Positions 63,801 to 64,000 of a stretch of 64,000 nt of DNA are shown in pieces. Source of the stretch: a virus (taxonomy: Duplodnaviria > Caudoviricetes); the IMG/VR virus record IMGVR_UViG_3300017911_001490, positions 16,598-80,597 of that record; one strand, 5' to 3'. The notes below the pieces were generated by a model. The model saw only the letters and a program-made list of their open reading frames with translations. It had not been told where the DNA came from and did no database searches. A program made the position numbers and the translations under genes. Numbering within the stretch: the first letter of the stretch is position 1; each line of letters starts with the position of its first letter.

Positions 63801-64000
63801 GACATCCACAGACTGGTGAGATTAGATTGATGACCTTGCGACTAGATAGTACAGGGAGGGTCGAAGCATTTGATTCAACATTTAAGGCATCCAAGACCAA
63901 GCAATACAAGCGATTAATTGATATGCAGTCAAAGGGATGGTCATTGCAAGGCAAGTTTGGGACCAACGATATAGCGAAAGATATAGATATTCTATACACA
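60824..64000 (+). CDS. Very large internal virion/ejection protein, truncated by window edge (at least 1059 aa)
   Basis: ATG at 60824 overlaps the previous stop; frame open at the points I translated (start, 62.0, 62.6, 62.9 kb, end); absent from the ORF track presumably because it has no stop; N-terminal glycine-zipper-like helices. Confidence 0.8.
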   Translation, partial: MSPADWIRKQYLDEHNIDVSQFSDEQLIFKIGSDAEKSGLTMPDLKAKYGDEFTNIYYDSKNRPDPNQGFLDEIGSGFKSQGYGLLSMIPGSAGLVAGKLGFEDAESYLMDKTAEIASRGANDRPSVERFSDVRWDNPSEIARFFLGGMGSAAPSALESAAAFGLGGGIGYGIARNRIKSGIRETIANKVKDQGAKERLTEVYQEMAKIKAREGFNTGANIGLGASSLSLGTGEIYSELYPSTQLDPSDPDYIDPDTARNLSLGFGALSGSLDMIPASRLLGKLTGQGEGKAKSYLKRLMLALPEGVFLEGSTEATQEFINMAAEKYGRGEELEFNNQEIARMLDAGVLGAIGGTQFAAIGAIRGPKDTSLPDTPPEQIASDDPTIQQQEDLLEELRKEDESQPGRYERGENVQDAYGNKGVIKETTANTALVEMDDGSIREYTHDRLALALDEEVIETPSVNVTPTATESSDFGVNKDGKLPPALAGAKPGYNYGQRKINLNFENDIAKALYIVGSGQNSRRKQDYLNWLKSQGVENPQELAKQIRDEIKAQAKAGKNTVNVKSPFTIAPADPQVIVPDEVVDPPAPEVPKVEMINGENKIEVEQDREKDVRKLVKYYREWSKSGKFYKNKRRAASQGVGAWGSNDGDRIKLKLGTDKDIYNKRNVNILKELGYLDSKGEWVKPTVADKEFEKKDLQEKRDSRLNLINELKKRDDNWLAPGRKVQDRLGELGEIEKVTRDGYVVINGEKYDPKHLYKVKPPKPVPGSNNNSKRNDQLEVLDPFPENMEFKGKSIELGYKNGNGVRAKNRKVGVPISSREQLKDTLIKILAKETQKGGTQKPLLTNLDKIVVDGADYFAGYEKQGEYYSFGGIHITKDEIAEYIIESTPNDQKSSIGDSFTINVNRLGGGKTPGTDQEVEYLATLHDEILPGEDYTPGIFLGQISSLNQVIDMATGKLQPTYGGLAEDEVSMVASFRSLISQRSKTKAIGIFGHPQTGEIRLMTLRLDSTGRVEAFDSTFKASKTKQYKRLIDMQSKGWSLQGKFGTNDIAKDIDILYT

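Noticed and set aside
1-64000. Stop-codon reassignment
   Set aside because: Long genes are intact in the standard code and use TAA, TGA and TAG as coupled stops
1-64000. Host assignment
   Set aside because: Integrase style and scarce Shine-Dalgarno use hint at a PVC- or Bacteroidota-type aquatic host, but this cannot be supported without searching the tRNA and proteins

Overview
The whole window reads as part of one temperate, podovirus-like tailed phage genome in the standard genetic code; no host housekeeping genes are visible. Layout: (1) 1-12.3 kb, a leftward accessory/early arm of mostly unknown genes carrying a compact PRTRC-type ubiquitin-like cassette (E, C/Ubl, F-position gene, B/E2, ThiF/E1), a clamp-loader-like AAA+ ATPase and a NUDIX hydrolase. 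(2) 12.3-12.9 kb, a non-coding divergence point that may be the genome terminus. (3) 12.9-18.1 kb, rightward low-complexity and small Lys/Cys-rich proteins. (4) 18.0-24.8 kb, a leftward replication/recombination operon (2OG-Fe(II) oxygenase, HNH, SSB, DnaB, initiator, RusA-like, PD-(D/E)XK, Sak-like annealase, Xis-like). (5) 24.9-26.8 kb, an RHH-like regulator, a tyrosine integrase and a complete antisense tRNA-Thr(CGT) overlapping the integrase 3' end. (6) 27-64 kb, terminase, portal, scaffold, capsid, adaptor/nozzle, many fibre-like genes and ejection-type proteins, the last running off the window. The most notable signals are the phage-borne E1-E2-Ubl cassette, a 10-site palindromic operator (GTWACAC-N8-KTGTWAC) sitting on sigma70-like promoters positioned for leaderless mRNAs, a dual-coded RusA-like locus whose two halves lie in overlapping frames, and short peptide motifs shared between unlinked virion genes. 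All protein calls come from motif recognition by eye; no searches were run and the host cannot be assigned from this window.
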